DNA from: Pontiella sp.
Lineage (GTDB): Bacteria; Verrucomicrobiota; Kiritimatiellia; Kiritimatiellales; Pontiellaceae
Assembly: GCA_050290185.1 (NCBI GenBank)
Contig: JBNKHE010000002.1
Span: 224,001-288,000, forward strand
Direction: 5' to 3'
Length of the DNA: 64,000 bases
A program made the translations under genes and the position numbers. The notes under the pieces were generated by a model that saw only the letters and a program-made list of their open reading frames with translations, did no database searches and was not told the origin of the DNA. Positions 8,814 through 18,824 of the stretch are shown here, piece by piece (position 1 is the stretch's first letter; each line of letters starts with the position of its first letter).

Positions 8814-9494
8814 ATGAGTGGATCGATCATCCGATGCCGCGAGGTGTGCGTGGCCTACGGTCGCCAGGAAGTACTGCACCGGGTCGACCTGGACATTCCC
8901 AACGGCGCGTTTCTCCCCTTCACCGGCCCCAACGGCGCGGGAAAAACCACGTTGCTCCGCGCCATTCTCGGGTTGCTCCCGATCCGGCACGGCCGTATCG
9001 AAACGCCGTTCCACCGCGCACCGGCGGGCTATGTCCCGCAGCAGAAGGTGATCGATCCGCTCTATCCCGTCAGCGCCCGCCAGATTGTCGAAATGGGGCT
9101 CCATCGGCAACGCGGCTGGCTGCGGCGCATCACGAAAAGCCAGCGCAGCGCGGTCGATGCCGCGCTGGAGCAACTCGGCATGGCGGAGCATGCCGAAAAA
9201 AACTTCCGCGAACTCTCCGGCGGCATGAAGCAGAAAATCCTCATCGCCCGCGCCTTTGTCTGCGGCTCGGAGGTGATCATTCTGGACGAACCAACCTCCG
9301 AGCTGGACGACCGCTCGGAAGAGGAAGTGCTCCAGCACTTACGGGTCCTGAACCGGGAACATGGCAAAACCGTGCTGATGGTCCACCACGATCTCGACCG
9401 TGTCCATTTGCTGTCGGATTCCATGTGCCGCGTACGCCACGGCAACGCGGAAATCGTTTCCACCCAGGGAACGGAAGGACGCAACGATGCATAA
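8814..9494 (+). CDS. Metal ABC transporter ATPase (ZnuC-like)
   Basis: GPNGAGKTT, GYVPQ, LSGGMKQK, ILDEPT, VHHDL. Confidence 0.88.
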   Translation: MSGSIIRCREVCVAYGRQEVLHRVDLDIPNGAFLPFTGPNGAGKTTLLRAILGLLPIRHGRIETPFHRAPAGYVPQQKVIDPLYPVSARQIVEMGLHRQRGWLRRITKSQRSAVDAALEQLGMAEHAEKNFRELSGGMKQKILIARAFVCGSEVIILDEPTSELDDRSEEEVLQHLRVLNREHGKTVLMVHHDLDRVHLLSDSMCRVRHGNAEIVSTQGTEGRNDA

Positions 9495-10320
9495 CGCCAT
9501 GCAATGCCTCTATTGCCAGTTTCCCGAAGCACTGACGGCGGGCCTGCTGGTTTCGGCCGTTTGCGCCCTGCTGGGGGTTTTCGTGATCCTCAAGCGCGCG
9601 GTATTCATCGGGATCACCCTCTCCGAGGTGGCCACCTTCGGCGTTGCGACCTCGTTCCTGCTTGGAGTTCCACCCTTTGCCGGGTCGCTCGTTTCTGTGT
9701 TGGCGGCGGTGTCGCTGCTGGCTATTCCATTCGAGAACCAACGGATTCCGCGCGATACGCTGATGGGGATTCTGTTTATTGCCGCCTCAGCCCTCGCGGT
9801 GCTGCTGGTTTCGAAAAGCGGGCCGGGCCTGATGGAGATCGAGGCGGTGCTGTATGGCGACCTGATCCTCACCTCCCGCAAGGAGCTGTTTTTGTTGTTT
9901 GCCACACTGATTCCGGCCCAGCTGGTTTTCCTGCTGGCGTTCCGCCCCATCCTCTATTCGTTTCTCGACCGCGAGGCGGCGAAGGTGCTTGGCATCCGGA
10001 CCTGGATTTGGGAATCGCTCTATTTTGTCATGCTGGGACTGGTGATTTCGGCGACTTCACAAATAGCCGGCGCGCTGCTGGTCTTCTGCTATCTCGTCGT
10101 CTGCCCGGCCACAGCGCTGGTACTGAGCAAGCGCATGACCATGGTAATGGTGGCCGCGCCGCTGTTCGCCATGGTTTCGACCTTCGCGGGCATGGTGGTT
10201 TCGTTCAACCACGACCTCCCCACCAACCAAACGATCTGCCTCGCCGCATGCGCCCTGTTCGCTATCGGCGCGGTGCTGAAGCGCCTATGCTCGTTCCTCG
10301 CCGGGCTCAGGATTCGCTGA
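9487..10320 (+). CDS. Metal ABC transporter permease (ZnuB/ABC-3 family)
   Basis: LGVFVILKR, LYGDLIL, FLDREAAKVLGI, GALLVFCYLVVCPATA; many TM helices; overlaps the ATPase stop. Confidence 0.85.
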   Translation: MHNAMQCLYCQFPEALTAGLLVSAVCALLGVFVILKRAVFIGITLSEVATFGVATSFLLGVPPFAGSLVSVLAAVSLLAIPFENQRIPRDTLMGILFIAASALAVLLVSKSGPGLMEIEAVLYGDLILTSRKELFLLFATLIPAQLVFLLAFRPILYSFLDREAAKVLGIRTWIWESLYFVMLGLVISATSQIAGALLVFCYLVVCPATALVLSKRMTMVMVAAPLFAMVSTFAGMVVSFNHDLPTNQTICLAACALFAIGAVLKRLCSFLAGLRIR

Positions 10321-10792
10321 ACCGGCCTTCGAGCGCGCGTTGTACGAGTTCGGGCACAAACTGGGAGATGTCGCCTCCGAGCGAAGCCACGGTGCGGACG
10401 TTGCTGGAGCTGACGTAGCTATAGTCCTGCTTCGGCATCAGGAAGATGGTTTCGATCTCCGGCTTCAGCTTCCGGTTGGTCAGAGCCATCTGGAACTCGT
10501 ATTCAAAATCGGAAAAAGCCCGCAAACCGCGAACGATGACATGGACGTTTTTCGATAGGGCAAAGTCCACCAGCAGCCCATCGAAGTGGTCCACCTCAAT
10601 CCCTTCGATATGGGACGTGGATTCGCGTACGAGCTGCAGCCGCTCTTCTAGAGAAAACAGCGGATTCTTGCCGGGGTTGGTGGCTACGGCGATAACTATG
10701 CGCGGAAAGATGCGCGACGCACGCTCAATGACATCGAGATGCCCCAGGGTCAAGGGATCAAAGGTTCCTGCGCAGATGGCCGCCTGGTTCAT
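10307..10792 (-). CDS. coaD: Pantetheine-phosphate adenylyltransferase
   Basis: GTFDPLTLGHLD, RGLRAFSDFEYEFQMA, SSSNVR. Confidence 0.96.
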   Translation of the reverse strand: MNQAAICAGTFDPLTLGHLDVIERASRIFPRIVIAVATNPGKNPLFSLEERLQLVRESTSHIEGIEVDHFDGLLVDFALSKNVHVIVRGLRAFSDFEYEFQMALTNRKLKPEIETIFLMPKQDYSYVSSSNVRTVASLGGDISQFVPELVQRALEGRFSES

Positions 10793-11349
10793 GATTCATC
10801 CTCTCTCTTCAACTGCAACATGATGACGCGGGTTTTCCCGTAGGTTTTGTCGCGCTTAACCGACCACACCTCAGGGATTTCGACTGCGCCCGATGAGCGC
10901 AACTCGTACACCACCGTTCCTTGATCTGTCAAAACCGAATGGCTCGCAATCCCGGTCAGGGAAAGGCGCATGGCATCCGGAAGATCATAGGGCGGATCGA
11001 CCAGAATCAGATCAAAACGTTCCCCTGCCCCGGCCAGCCACCTGATCGCATCGGCCTTGATGCATTTTGCCGATCCGAGTTCGTCGGACTCCAGCGATGC
11101 CACGTTCTGCCGAAGGTTTTTCCATACGACCGGATGCTGCTCGACAAACGTCACCGAGTCCGCCCCGCGGCTCCAGGCCTCAAGCCCGAGCGCACCGGAG
11201 CCGGCAAACAGGTCAAGCACCTTCAAGCCCTCGCATGATCCACCCAATGATGAAAAAACGGCCTCGCGAACCGATTCCATGGTCGGCCGCACTTCCTGTT
11301 TCGGAACCGCCAGGCGCCGGTTGCGTAATATGCCACTCGTAATCCTCAT
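10789..11349 (-). CDS. rsmD: 16S rRNA m2G966 methyltransferase
   Basis: MRITSG..RPTMESVREAVF, LDLFAGSGALGLEA, DPPY; usual rsmD-coaD pair. Confidence 0.92.
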   Translation of the reverse strand: MRITSGILRNRRLAVPKQEVRPTMESVREAVFSSLGGSCEGLKVLDLFAGSGALGLEAWSRGADSVTFVEQHPVVWKNLRQNVASLESDELGSAKCIKADAIRWLAGAGERFDLILVDPPYDLPDAMRLSLTGIASHSVLTDQGTVVYELRSSGAVEIPEVWSVKRDKTYGKTRVIMLQLKREDES

Positions 11350-11462
11350 TCCTGCACGGTAGCGGACTTTGCGCCCCATGAAAACACGATAGATGCCCTA
11401 CTCTCGACAAAAAGATACCGATGTGATAGCACCTACCCCTGTTTAACGCATGGCAGAATCAT

Positions 11463-12563
11463 ATGACTCAAAAAAAACACAGAGAAGCACTCAAGAGTGC
11501 GAAACGGATCGTCGTGAAGGCGGGCAGCAAGGTTCTGGTGCAAAATACCGGCCGGCCGGATAAACGACGTCTCAAGCTGCTGGTCGACGAAATATCCCAG
11601 TTGCAGAACGGCGGAGACGAAGTGGTTTTTGTTTCGTCCGGGGCCGTTGGCGCCGGACTGGATGCGCTGGGAATGAAGACGCGCCCGAAGGCAATGCCCG
11701 ATCTTCAGATGGCCGCGGCAGTTGGACAGATCCGGCTGATGAGCGTGTATGATGAATTGTTCGGGGTCAATAAATGCGGAATCGGACAGGTGCTGCTGAC
11801 GCATGACGCACTTAAACATCGCGAACGCCATCTGAATGCACGCAACACGCTACTCAACCTGATTGCCAACCGCATCATTCCCATCATCAACGAAAACGAC
11901 ACCATTTCCACGGAAGAGATCAAGTTCGGGGACAACGACGTGCTGGCGGCCCTCGTCGCCATTCTGGTCGATGCCGATGCCCTGGTGCTTCTCAGCTCCA
12001 CCGATGGCTTGCGGCAACCGGGCAGCAACGGCCGGACCCGCCGGGTCAGTTTCATCGAGGAAGTCGACGATGATGTCCTTGCGCTGGTGGCCGACAAGCA
12101 GGACAACCTGTCTTCCGGCGGTATGGCCTCGAAACTTCAGTCGGCCCAGATTGCGGCGAAAAACGGCATTCCCGTGGTGATTGCCAACGGACGTAAAACC
12201 GGCGTTTTATCCCGTATCTTTGAAGGAAGGAACGAGGGCACCCTGCTCCTGCCCAAGGCCGGAGATATCTCTAAACGAAAACGCTGGATCGCCTTCTTCA
12301 ACCGGTCCGAAGGACATTTGGTCATCGACAACGGAGCCGCGAAGGCACTGAACCGGGGCAAGAGTCTTCTACCGGTTGGCGTGATTGCGGTGGAAGGCCA
12401 GTTCAGGACAGGAGCCATGGTTGATGTCCAATCAGCGGAAGGCCAGCCTCTCGCCCGGGGCCTGGTGGAATATTCAAGCGACGAAATCGATATGATCAAA
12501 GGACAGCAAACCGCGGGAAAATCCGGAGAAGTGATCCACCGCGACAACATGGTACTACTTTAG
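11463..12563 (+). CDS. proB: Glutamate 5-kinase with PUA domain
   Basis: VVKAGS, VSSGAV, INENDT, FGDND, GGMASK, SLLPVGV, VIHRDN. Confidence 0.95.
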   Translation: MTQKKHREALKSAKRIVVKAGSKVLVQNTGRPDKRRLKLLVDEISQLQNGGDEVVFVSSGAVGAGLDALGMKTRPKAMPDLQMAAAVGQIRLMSVYDELFGVNKCGIGQVLLTHDALKHRERHLNARNTLLNLIANRIIPIINENDTISTEEIKFGDNDVLAALVAILVDADALVLLSSTDGLRQPGSNGRTRRVSFIEEVDDDVLALVADKQDNLSSGGMASKLQSAQIAAKNGIPVVIANGRKTGVLSRIFEGRNEGTLLLPKAGDISKRKRWIAFFNRSEGHLVIDNGAAKALNRGKSLLPVGVIAVEGQFRTGAMVDVQSAEGQPLARGLVEYSSDEIDMIKGQQTAGKSGEVIHRDNMVLL

Positions 12564-12576
12564 GAGGAATAAAACT

Positions 12577-13833
12577 ATGGACGTAAAAGAACAGATTTTA
12601 AAAATCGGTGCAGATGCCAAAGCCGCCAGCTATGAACTGGCCAAGCTTTCCTCCCGGAAAAAGAACGCGATCCTTGAAGCCATGGCCGACGAGCTGGATG
12701 CCCAGCGGGCATTCATTCAGGAAGAAAATGCGAAGGATCTGGCGGCGGGCAAGGACGCCGGCCTCACCTCCGCCATGCTTGACCGCCTGGAGCTGACGGA
12801 CGCGCGCGTTGACGGGATGATCAAGGGCCTGCGCGACGTCGCGGTACTCAACGATCCTGTTGGAGCGGAAATCAGCACATGGAACCGTCCAAACGGACTG
12901 GAGATTCATAAGGTACGCGTACCGATCGGAGTCATCGGCATCATCTTTGAATCGCGGCCCAATGTAACCTGCGATGCCGCCGCACTTTGCTTCAAAACCT
13001 CGAACGCCGTGATTCTGCGCGGCGGCAAGGAAGCGATCCATTCCAATATCGCCATTGCCAAGGCCATGCAAACCGGCGGTGCCGCGAAGGGTATGCCGGC
13101 CAACGCCATCCAGCTCATTCCAACGATCGACCGCGAGGCCGTCAAAGTCATGTGCCAAATGACCGACTATCTCGACCTGATTATTCCGCGCGGCGGCGAA
13201 GGGCTGATCAAGGCGGTTACTGAAATGGCCCACGTTCCGGTCATCAAGCACTACAAGGGCGTTTGCCATACCTATATCGATGCCACCGCAGACCTGTCCA
13301 TGGCCTGGAGGATCGCCGAAAACGCCAAGTGCCAGCGTCCCGGCGTCTGCAACGCCATGGAGACGCTACTGGTTCACAAGGACATTGCGGAAGCGTTTCT
13401 ACCGAAAATGGGCGAGATTCTAGAAAAGCGAGGCGTAGAAATACGCGGTGATGAATCCACCTGCATCCTGCTCGGTTCGTGCGTGCCGGCCACTGAGGAC
13501 GACTGGTACGAGGAATACCTTGAAATGGTGCTGGCCATCCGAGTGGTCGATGATGTGGACGAGGCCATCGCGCATATCAACAAATATGGATCAGGCCATT
13601 CCGACGCCATTGTTACGCAGGACGAGAAGGCGGAGAAAGCCTTCCTCGCGGAGGTCGACTCCTCATCGGTCTATGTAAACGCCTCGACACGCTTTACGGA
13701 TGGGGCGGAATTCGGGATGGGTGCGGAAATTGGCATCAGCACCGACAAGCTGCACGCACGCGGACCGATGGGACTGGAGGAGCTAACCACCTATAAGTTC
13801 GTGATCCAAGGCAAAGGACAGATCCGCGAGTAA
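12577..13833 (+). CDS. proA: Gamma-glutamyl phosphate reductase
   Basis: VPIGVIGIIFESRPNV, PRGGEGL, CNAMET, NASTRFTDG, KLHARGPMGL. Confidence 0.96.
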   Translation: MDVKEQILKIGADAKAASYELAKLSSRKKNAILEAMADELDAQRAFIQEENAKDLAAGKDAGLTSAMLDRLELTDARVDGMIKGLRDVAVLNDPVGAEISTWNRPNGLEIHKVRVPIGVIGIIFESRPNVTCDAAALCFKTSNAVILRGGKEAIHSNIAIAKAMQTGGAAKGMPANAIQLIPTIDREAVKVMCQMTDYLDLIIPRGGEGLIKAVTEMAHVPVIKHYKGVCHTYIDATADLSMAWRIAENAKCQRPGVCNAMETLLVHKDIAEAFLPKMGEILEKRGVEIRGDESTCILLGSCVPATEDDWYEEYLEMVLAIRVVDDVDEAIAHINKYGSGHSDAIVTQDEKAEKAFLAEVDSSSVYVNASTRFTDGAEFGMGAEIGISTDKLHARGPMGLEELTTYKFVIQGKGQIRE

Positions 13834-13835
13834 AC

Positions 13836-15806
13836 CTAGTCGAGCGCGGCCTCAACAGGCGGTGAGTCCTGTCCCGTCGAGGGGGCCGTCTCGTCGCGCA
13901 GACAAAGGTTTCGGCAATCGATCTCGCTCACCGAATAGGGTTTCACCACCCCACGGCATTCGCCATGCACATTTAGGTCGCGCAACACAAAAACAAAGTC
14001 GCGAACCAACAGGTTGTATTTTTCCTGCAGTGCAAGGACGTCCGCACGCAGTTCGTCACTGTAATGATGGGTAAAGATCAGCTCATCGATATGGCGATCT
14101 TCAATGATCTTTTCCAGCTCGCTGAAATTTCCGAGAACCGGATAGCCATACACCACTTTGCGGAACAGGGCTGGATTGTCATCAATCAAACCGACCACCC
14201 GGCGTTCGGCCTTCTGCTGATCCTCGAACGTGGACTGCCGCAGGAAAAGAATGGCGTTTTCGCCGGCACCGAGAACCAGGGTTTTCAGATCGCCCTCGGA
14301 CTCCGCATTGCAGCGCAGCCAAGCGGCAAGGTCGCGGGCCACCCGGAACGATGCCCGCGCCCCGACAATGCCTGCACCTGCAACCATCGTGTGCAAAAGC
14401 AGGCCCTTCAACAGCTGCATATGGGTGAGGTTGGAAGCCCATAGCAACGCTACGGAAGCCAAGACCTCACCCGCGATGAGCTGCAGAGCGAGAACAACCA
14501 GCTGAGAAACGCGTGATCGTGTCCAGACTGTTTTGTAGACGTTGTAGAAATAGATGGTGGCAAAGGGAATTGAGACGCACACGGCCAGGTGCAGCATATT
14601 GAACGGCTGGTCAAGCAGGATGGCGAACGTTAGATAGGTGGCAAACAGCAAACAGCTAATGTCCCATCCAATCGCCACCAGCATGCTGATTATACTCCGG
14701 GGACGGTGCACACCCAGCAACACCAGTTGCGTGGTGGTGTACAGCTCAACCTGGGCGATCTGGCGGACCATCACGTGCAAAACTGCAATCATACCGATCA
14801 TCAGGAAGGCAACCCGGTTCGAATTCAGGGCGGTTGCTCCCAACGCCACAACGCATATACACAAGGCGGCAATATACATGGCCGCAGCGGCCTTGCGCTG
14901 TGTCATACCGCTACGCATCAGCTTATGGTGAATGTGGTCAAGATCCGGACCAAATACCTTCGTGGCCAGACCGTCGTCCTTCATCCTGGAGATCAGCTTG
15001 CGCGCCATTCTGCGCCAAACCGCCAGAATGACATCAAATGCCGGAACACCGACCGCCAGCAACGGCACCAGCAAAGCCACCATCAGCGATTGTTTCACAT
15101 TCGCCTTCAACGCCACGGCCGCCAGAATGAATCCTATGAACATGCTGCCGCAATCGCCCAGAAAGATTGATGCAGGGTTAAAGTTGTAGCGCAGAAATCC
15201 AAGGCAGGCACCGGCCAAGGCCACCAGCACCAAGGCATCCGTAGGCTGATGGAGCGAGAGCAGCATGCCGGCCAGTCCCGCACTGGCAATCAGCCCGAGC
15301 CCGGCACAGGCACCATCCATTCCATCAATCAAATTGAATGCGTTCACCAGCAACGCAAACCAAAACAGCGTGGCTGCACCATTCACAAACAGCGGGAGGT
15401 CAATGCCCAGAAACCCTTCGAAGGTGAACCCTCCGAGGAACATGAATAAGGCCACGCCCAACTGGCCAAAGAGCTTGAACCAGGCACGCATGTCGTAATG
15501 ATCATCAAAAATTCCAATGAGCAGCAGCGCAAGTGATCCGACAAAAATAAAGATCCATTCCTTCAACTGGGTAAATCCGGCAAGATGATGCCAGGGGCCG
15601 AAGAAAACGGCCAACAAAGCCAGGTGGGTTGCCACAAACACCGCGATCCCGCCACACCGGGGAATTGGAGTCTTGTGAATGCGCCGTTCATCGGGCTCGT
15701 CCACCAATCCAAGCACAGGAGCAAGCTTCTTGACCCACGGAACAACCAGCCATGTCGTCAGGAGACTGATCAGAAAAACAATGATGTACTTAACGATAAA
15801 TCCCAT
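13836..15806 (-). CDS. WecA/MraY-family polyprenyl-phosphate HexNAc-1-P transferase fused to a C-terminal TM + Rossmann (CoA-binding-like) module
   Basis: PRCGGIAV, GIFDDH, NAFNLIDGMDG, FLGDCGS, DHIHH in the N-terminal half; LVLGAGENA and VVGLIDDNP..YGYPVLG in the C-terminal half. Confidence 0.82.
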   Translation of the reverse strand: MGFIVKYIIVFLISLLTTWLVVPWVKKLAPVLGLVDEPDERRIHKTPIPRCGGIAVFVATHLALLAVFFGPWHHLAGFTQLKEWIFIFVGSLALLLIGIFDDHYDMRAWFKLFGQLGVALFMFLGGFTFEGFLGIDLPLFVNGAATLFWFALLVNAFNLIDGMDGACAGLGLIASAGLAGMLLSLHQPTDALVLVALAGACLGFLRYNFNPASIFLGDCGSMFIGFILAAVALKANVKQSLMVALLVPLLAVGVPAFDVILAVWRRMARKLISRMKDDGLATKVFGPDLDHIHHKLMRSGMTQRKAAAAMYIAALCICVVALGATALNSNRVAFLMIGMIAVLHVMVRQIAQVELYTTTQLVLLGVHRPRSIISMLVAIGWDISCLLFATYLTFAILLDQPFNMLHLAVCVSIPFATIYFYNVYKTVWTRSRVSQLVVLALQLIAGEVLASVALLWASNLTHMQLLKGLLLHTMVAGAGIVGARASFRVARDLAAWLRCNAESEGDLKTLVLGAGENAILFLRQSTFEDQQKAERRVVGLIDDNPALFRKVVYGYPVLGNFSELEKIIEDRHIDELIFTHHYSDELRADVLALQEKYNLLVRDFVFVLRDLNVHGECRGVVKPYSVSEIDCRNLCLRDETAPSTGQDSPPVEAALD

Positions 15807-16087
15807 ATCCTTGACCCAAAAATATCCGTCGCTTTCAGCGACCCAAAATACGCGGTGTCGAACCTGTCTAAATAATTAGGGCATACTTTAGAGATCCCCG
15901 GCGGGAAATGAAAGCCTCTCTCGTTAACGATTCCGCGCTCCCTACCCCGGAACTTTGATATGCAAACGGACGTCGTCGCCTGCTTTACATTCTCCGCAGC
16001 AAGGCACAATAAAACCAGTGCCACCCCGCCGTAAACCCCAAGCCAACAGACCCAGACAACAAATTGGAAAAAAGGTAAAAAAAGCGC

Positions 16088-16115
16088 TTGCCCGACCGGC
16101 GGAAATCAATACTAT
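16088..16115 (+). promoter_or_regulatory. Sigma70 promoter of tRNA-Asp with A-rich UP element
   Basis: TTGCCC-N16-TACTAT, preceded by A tracts at about 16067-16083. Confidence 0.55.
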
Positions 16116-16129
16116 GTCGGCTCCTTTGT

Positions 16130-16206
16130 GGGGGTGTAGCTCAATTGGTTAGAGCGCCAGCCTGTCACGCTGGAGGTTGCGGGTTCGAGTCCCGTCATCC
16201 TCGCCA
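16130..16206 (+). tRNA. tRNA-Asp(GTC)
   Basis: GGGGGTGTAGCTCAATTGGTTAGAGCGCCAGCCTGTCACGCTGGAGGTTGCGGGTTCGAGTCCCGTCATCCTCGCCA; anticodon GTC. Confidence 0.96.
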
Positions 16207-16212
16207 CTCTTT

Positions 16213-16240
16213 AAAGGCCTGCTTTTGCAGGCCTTTTTTT
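16213..16240 (+). terminator. Rho-independent terminator after tRNA-Asp
   Basis: AAAGGCCTGC-TTTT-GCAGGCC followed by T7. Confidence 0.85.
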
Positions 16241-16309
16241 GTGCCCCAACAGGTCTTCGCCTCCATCCCCGGGGAAGAGCCAACCTATCCTCATGGGCGG
16301 CATGCCTAA

Positions 16310-17827
16310 TCAAGGCATCTGTAGAATGCGCCAAAATGCCTCGTTTACATCACTTATGATCGGGACATGGTTCGTGCCGGCCCCGCAAACGATCGGAGAA
16401 CCCACTCCGCTCCAGCCGGAGAGAAGTGAGCTGGTCTCCTGCAGAATATATTGCTCTCCGGGAATCCCGGTAAAATCAACCTGATACGCATGGGAACCCG
16501 TCCTGGCAAATCCGACGACCACCGGCGATACATGATGCAACGAAGCGTTTATGTTACCGACGGTCTGCGCTGCCGATAACATGATATTCGATCCTGCCCC
16601 CAGCACATCCTCATCGTTGTAAACCTCGTAGGCATATGCGCCGTCATAGTCGTAAAAATCCACCTGATAGGTGCCTGGCGGAAGGCCGCCGATTTCATAG
16701 TAGCCATTGGTGTCGGTGCCCGCCCATTCCACGGGCTCCCAGTCGGCTCCATTCCAACTATACGCGGCGGCTTCAATGTAGGCCAATGGAGAGGATCCGT
16801 CTGCCCCGGTTACAGTTCCCGAAATATGGGAAGCAAGGTCAAGTGAGGCATCGATCCCCGGAATCACTGTATTGGCGGGTACCGTGAGCTCGCTGGCATT
16901 CCAGAACATGGTATCATCATAGGCCTCGGTGGCGTAGAATCCGGAGGAATCGTAGAATTCAATCTTGTAGTTGCCGGGCGGAAGACCGGCTAAGGTGTAG
17001 TTCCCGTTGCTGTCTGAAAATCCCCACGCCAACCAGGACCAATCGCCTCCATCCCATATCCAAGCTTCCGCCTCGATATTTTCCAATGGTGTAGTGCCGT
17101 CCGGCCCAGTGATTTTCCCGGAGATGCTGGAGGCGGTCGATAGGCTGGCATCAATGCCGCTCACCGTCTGTCCGGCACTGGCGATCACGATTTCAGTCCC
17201 CTCCCAGGATGACACGACATTGTCATAGGTTTCGCGGGCATAGCCACCCGACGAATCGTAAAAACCGATCATGTAGTTTCCGACCGGCAACCCCGCGATC
17301 ACATAGTTACCGCTACTATCAGAGTCGACCCACGCCATCCAGTACCATTCACTGCCACTCCAGACCGAGGCGGATACTTCAATGCCCGCCAAGGGGGTGA
17401 CGCCGTCCGGCCCTGTGATTTTTCCTGCAATGCTCGAGCCGACCGCCAGACTGGCATCAATACCGGTGGCCACCTGGTTCTCATTGGATATTACGATTTC
17501 ATCCCCCTGCCAGAACGACAGGGCATCGTTATAGACTTCCATGGCGTAGGATCCCGACGGATCATGGAATTCTATCCGGTATTCTCCCAGAGGCAGGCCG
17601 GTCGTTTCAAAATCCCACCAATCTACGAGATAGTGCCCTGTTGCATCGGTTGTCACCGGCGCGTTGTAATAATACCAGGCATTCCCATCTTTGAGCCACG
17701 TGGTAACTTCAATGCCGGCAAGCCCGGTGATCCCGTCGGGGCCGGTGACCGTCCCAGAAATCACCGCCGCTTCCGCGGGCGGAATGAGCATCAGCAGAAA
17801 AGCCGCAACCTTTCCAGCAATATTCAT
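16310..17827 (-). CDS. Secreted protein with four carboxypeptidase-regulatory-like (Cna-B-like) repeats and a C-terminal sorting-like domain
   Basis: Start ATG 17827 after AAAGGGGG; signal peptide; four ~103-aa repeats I(S/A)GxxTGxDG...GLPxGxY...YxxExY(N/D)...I(D/N)ASL; ends ...EAFWRILQMP. Confidence 0.75.
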   Translation of the reverse strand: MNIAGKVAAFLLMLIPPAEAAVISGTVTGPDGITGLAGIEVTTWLKDGNAWYYYNAPVTTDATGHYLVDWWDFETTGLPLGEYRIEFHDPSGSYAMEVYNDALSFWQGDEIVISNENQVATGIDASLAVGSSIAGKITGPDGVTPLAGIEVSASVWSGSEWYWMAWVDSDSSGNYVIAGLPVGNYMIGFYDSSGGYARETYDNVVSSWEGTEIVIASAGQTVSGIDASLSTASSISGKITGPDGTTPLENIEAEAWIWDGGDWSWLAWGFSDSNGNYTLAGLPPGNYKIEFYDSSGFYATEAYDDTMFWNASELTVPANTVIPGIDASLDLASHISGTVTGADGSSPLAYIEAAAYSWNGADWEPVEWAGTDTNGYYEIGGLPPGTYQVDFYDYDGAYAYEVYNDEDVLGAGSNIMLSAAQTVGNINASLHHVSPVVVGFARTGSHAYQVDFTGIPGEQYILQETSSLLSGWSGVGSPIVCGAGTNHVPIISDVNEAFWRILQMP

Positions 17828-17871
17828 ATTTCCCCCTTTCCATGCGGTCACCCAGAAACCCATGGATAGCG

Positions 17872-18720
17872 CTAAAACTCGTCGGCAAGTTCATCGGGTA
17901 CGAGGTTGTACAACGTAGATTCCGGCGTATCGGATTCTTCGACCGGCTGCTTCTGGCGTTTCAGGAATTCCTTGGCCAGCTCCCGGTAGGCAGCGGAACC
18001 GACGCACGAGGAATCGTAGACCGTAATCGGCTGCCCGTAGCTCGGCGCTTCGCTCAAACGGACATTGCGGGGAATGAGCGTTCCAAAAACCTGCTCGCCG
18101 AAATGATTGCGGACTTCCTGCACCACCTGCTGTGATAGATTGGTCGTCATGTTGTACATGGTCATGAGGATTCCGCTGATGTGCAGGTTTGGATTGTTGG
18201 CATCGCGAATCTGGTTGACGATGTCGACCATCACGCCCAGGCCCTCCAGCGCCAGATATTCGCACTGGATCGGGATAATCACCTCGTGCGCAACATTGAG
18301 TGCATTCATGAACAGGATGCCGAGCGATGGCGGGCAGTCGAGGATGATATAGTCGTAGACGCCGCTTTCGATCACGGGCTCCATGGCGTCGCGCAGGCGG
18401 TGCAGATAGTCGTCGTAGCGGGCGATGGCGATTTCGGACCCGGCCAGATCAAGCTCGGACGGAATGATATCGAGGTTTTTAATTCCGGTTTCCTTGATCA
18501 GCTCCTGACAGCCGGATTCCCCCAGCATCGCGGGAAACACGCTGGCCCCGAACCCCTTTTCCAGTCCCAGCCCGCTGGTAGCGTTGGCCTGCGGATCGAG
18601 GTCGATCAGGAGCACCTTCTTGCGCTTCTCCGCAAGACAGGCCGAAAAATTGATGGCGGTCGTGGTTTTTCCCACCCCACCCTTTTGGTTTGCCAAGGCA
18701 ACAACGGTTGTTTTTTTCAT
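17872..18720 (-). CDS. parA: ParA/Soj family ATPase
   Basis: NQKGGVGKTTT, IDLDPQANAT, DCPPSLG, PIQCEYLALEG, IPRNVRLSEAPSYG. Confidence 0.92.
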   Translation of the reverse strand: MKKTTVVALANQKGGVGKTTTAINFSACLAEKRKKVLLIDLDPQANATSGLGLEKGFGASVFPAMLGESGCQELIKETGIKNLDIIPSELDLAGSEIAIARYDDYLHRLRDAMEPVIESGVYDYIILDCPPSLGILFMNALNVAHEVIIPIQCEYLALEGLGVMVDIVNQIRDANNPNLHISGILMTMYNMTTNLSQQVVQEVRNHFGEQVFGTLIPRNVRLSEAPSYGQPITVYDSSCVGSAAYRELAKEFLKRQKQPVEESDTPESTLYNLVPDELADEF

Positions 18721-18824
18721 GATTCTCGCACCTGTTTTGCATGAAACTTCGGTTTATGATCGGAAGCCGCCACAGTAGCTTATAGGCTAACACGCTTAAA
18801 CCAAAATTTGCGGCGGGTTGCGGA

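Noticed and set aside
15935..15952. ops/JUMPStart-like GGGGTAGGGAG upstream of the wecA-like gene
   Set aside because: Poor match to GGCGGTAGnnTG, and the gene is not the head of a long operon.
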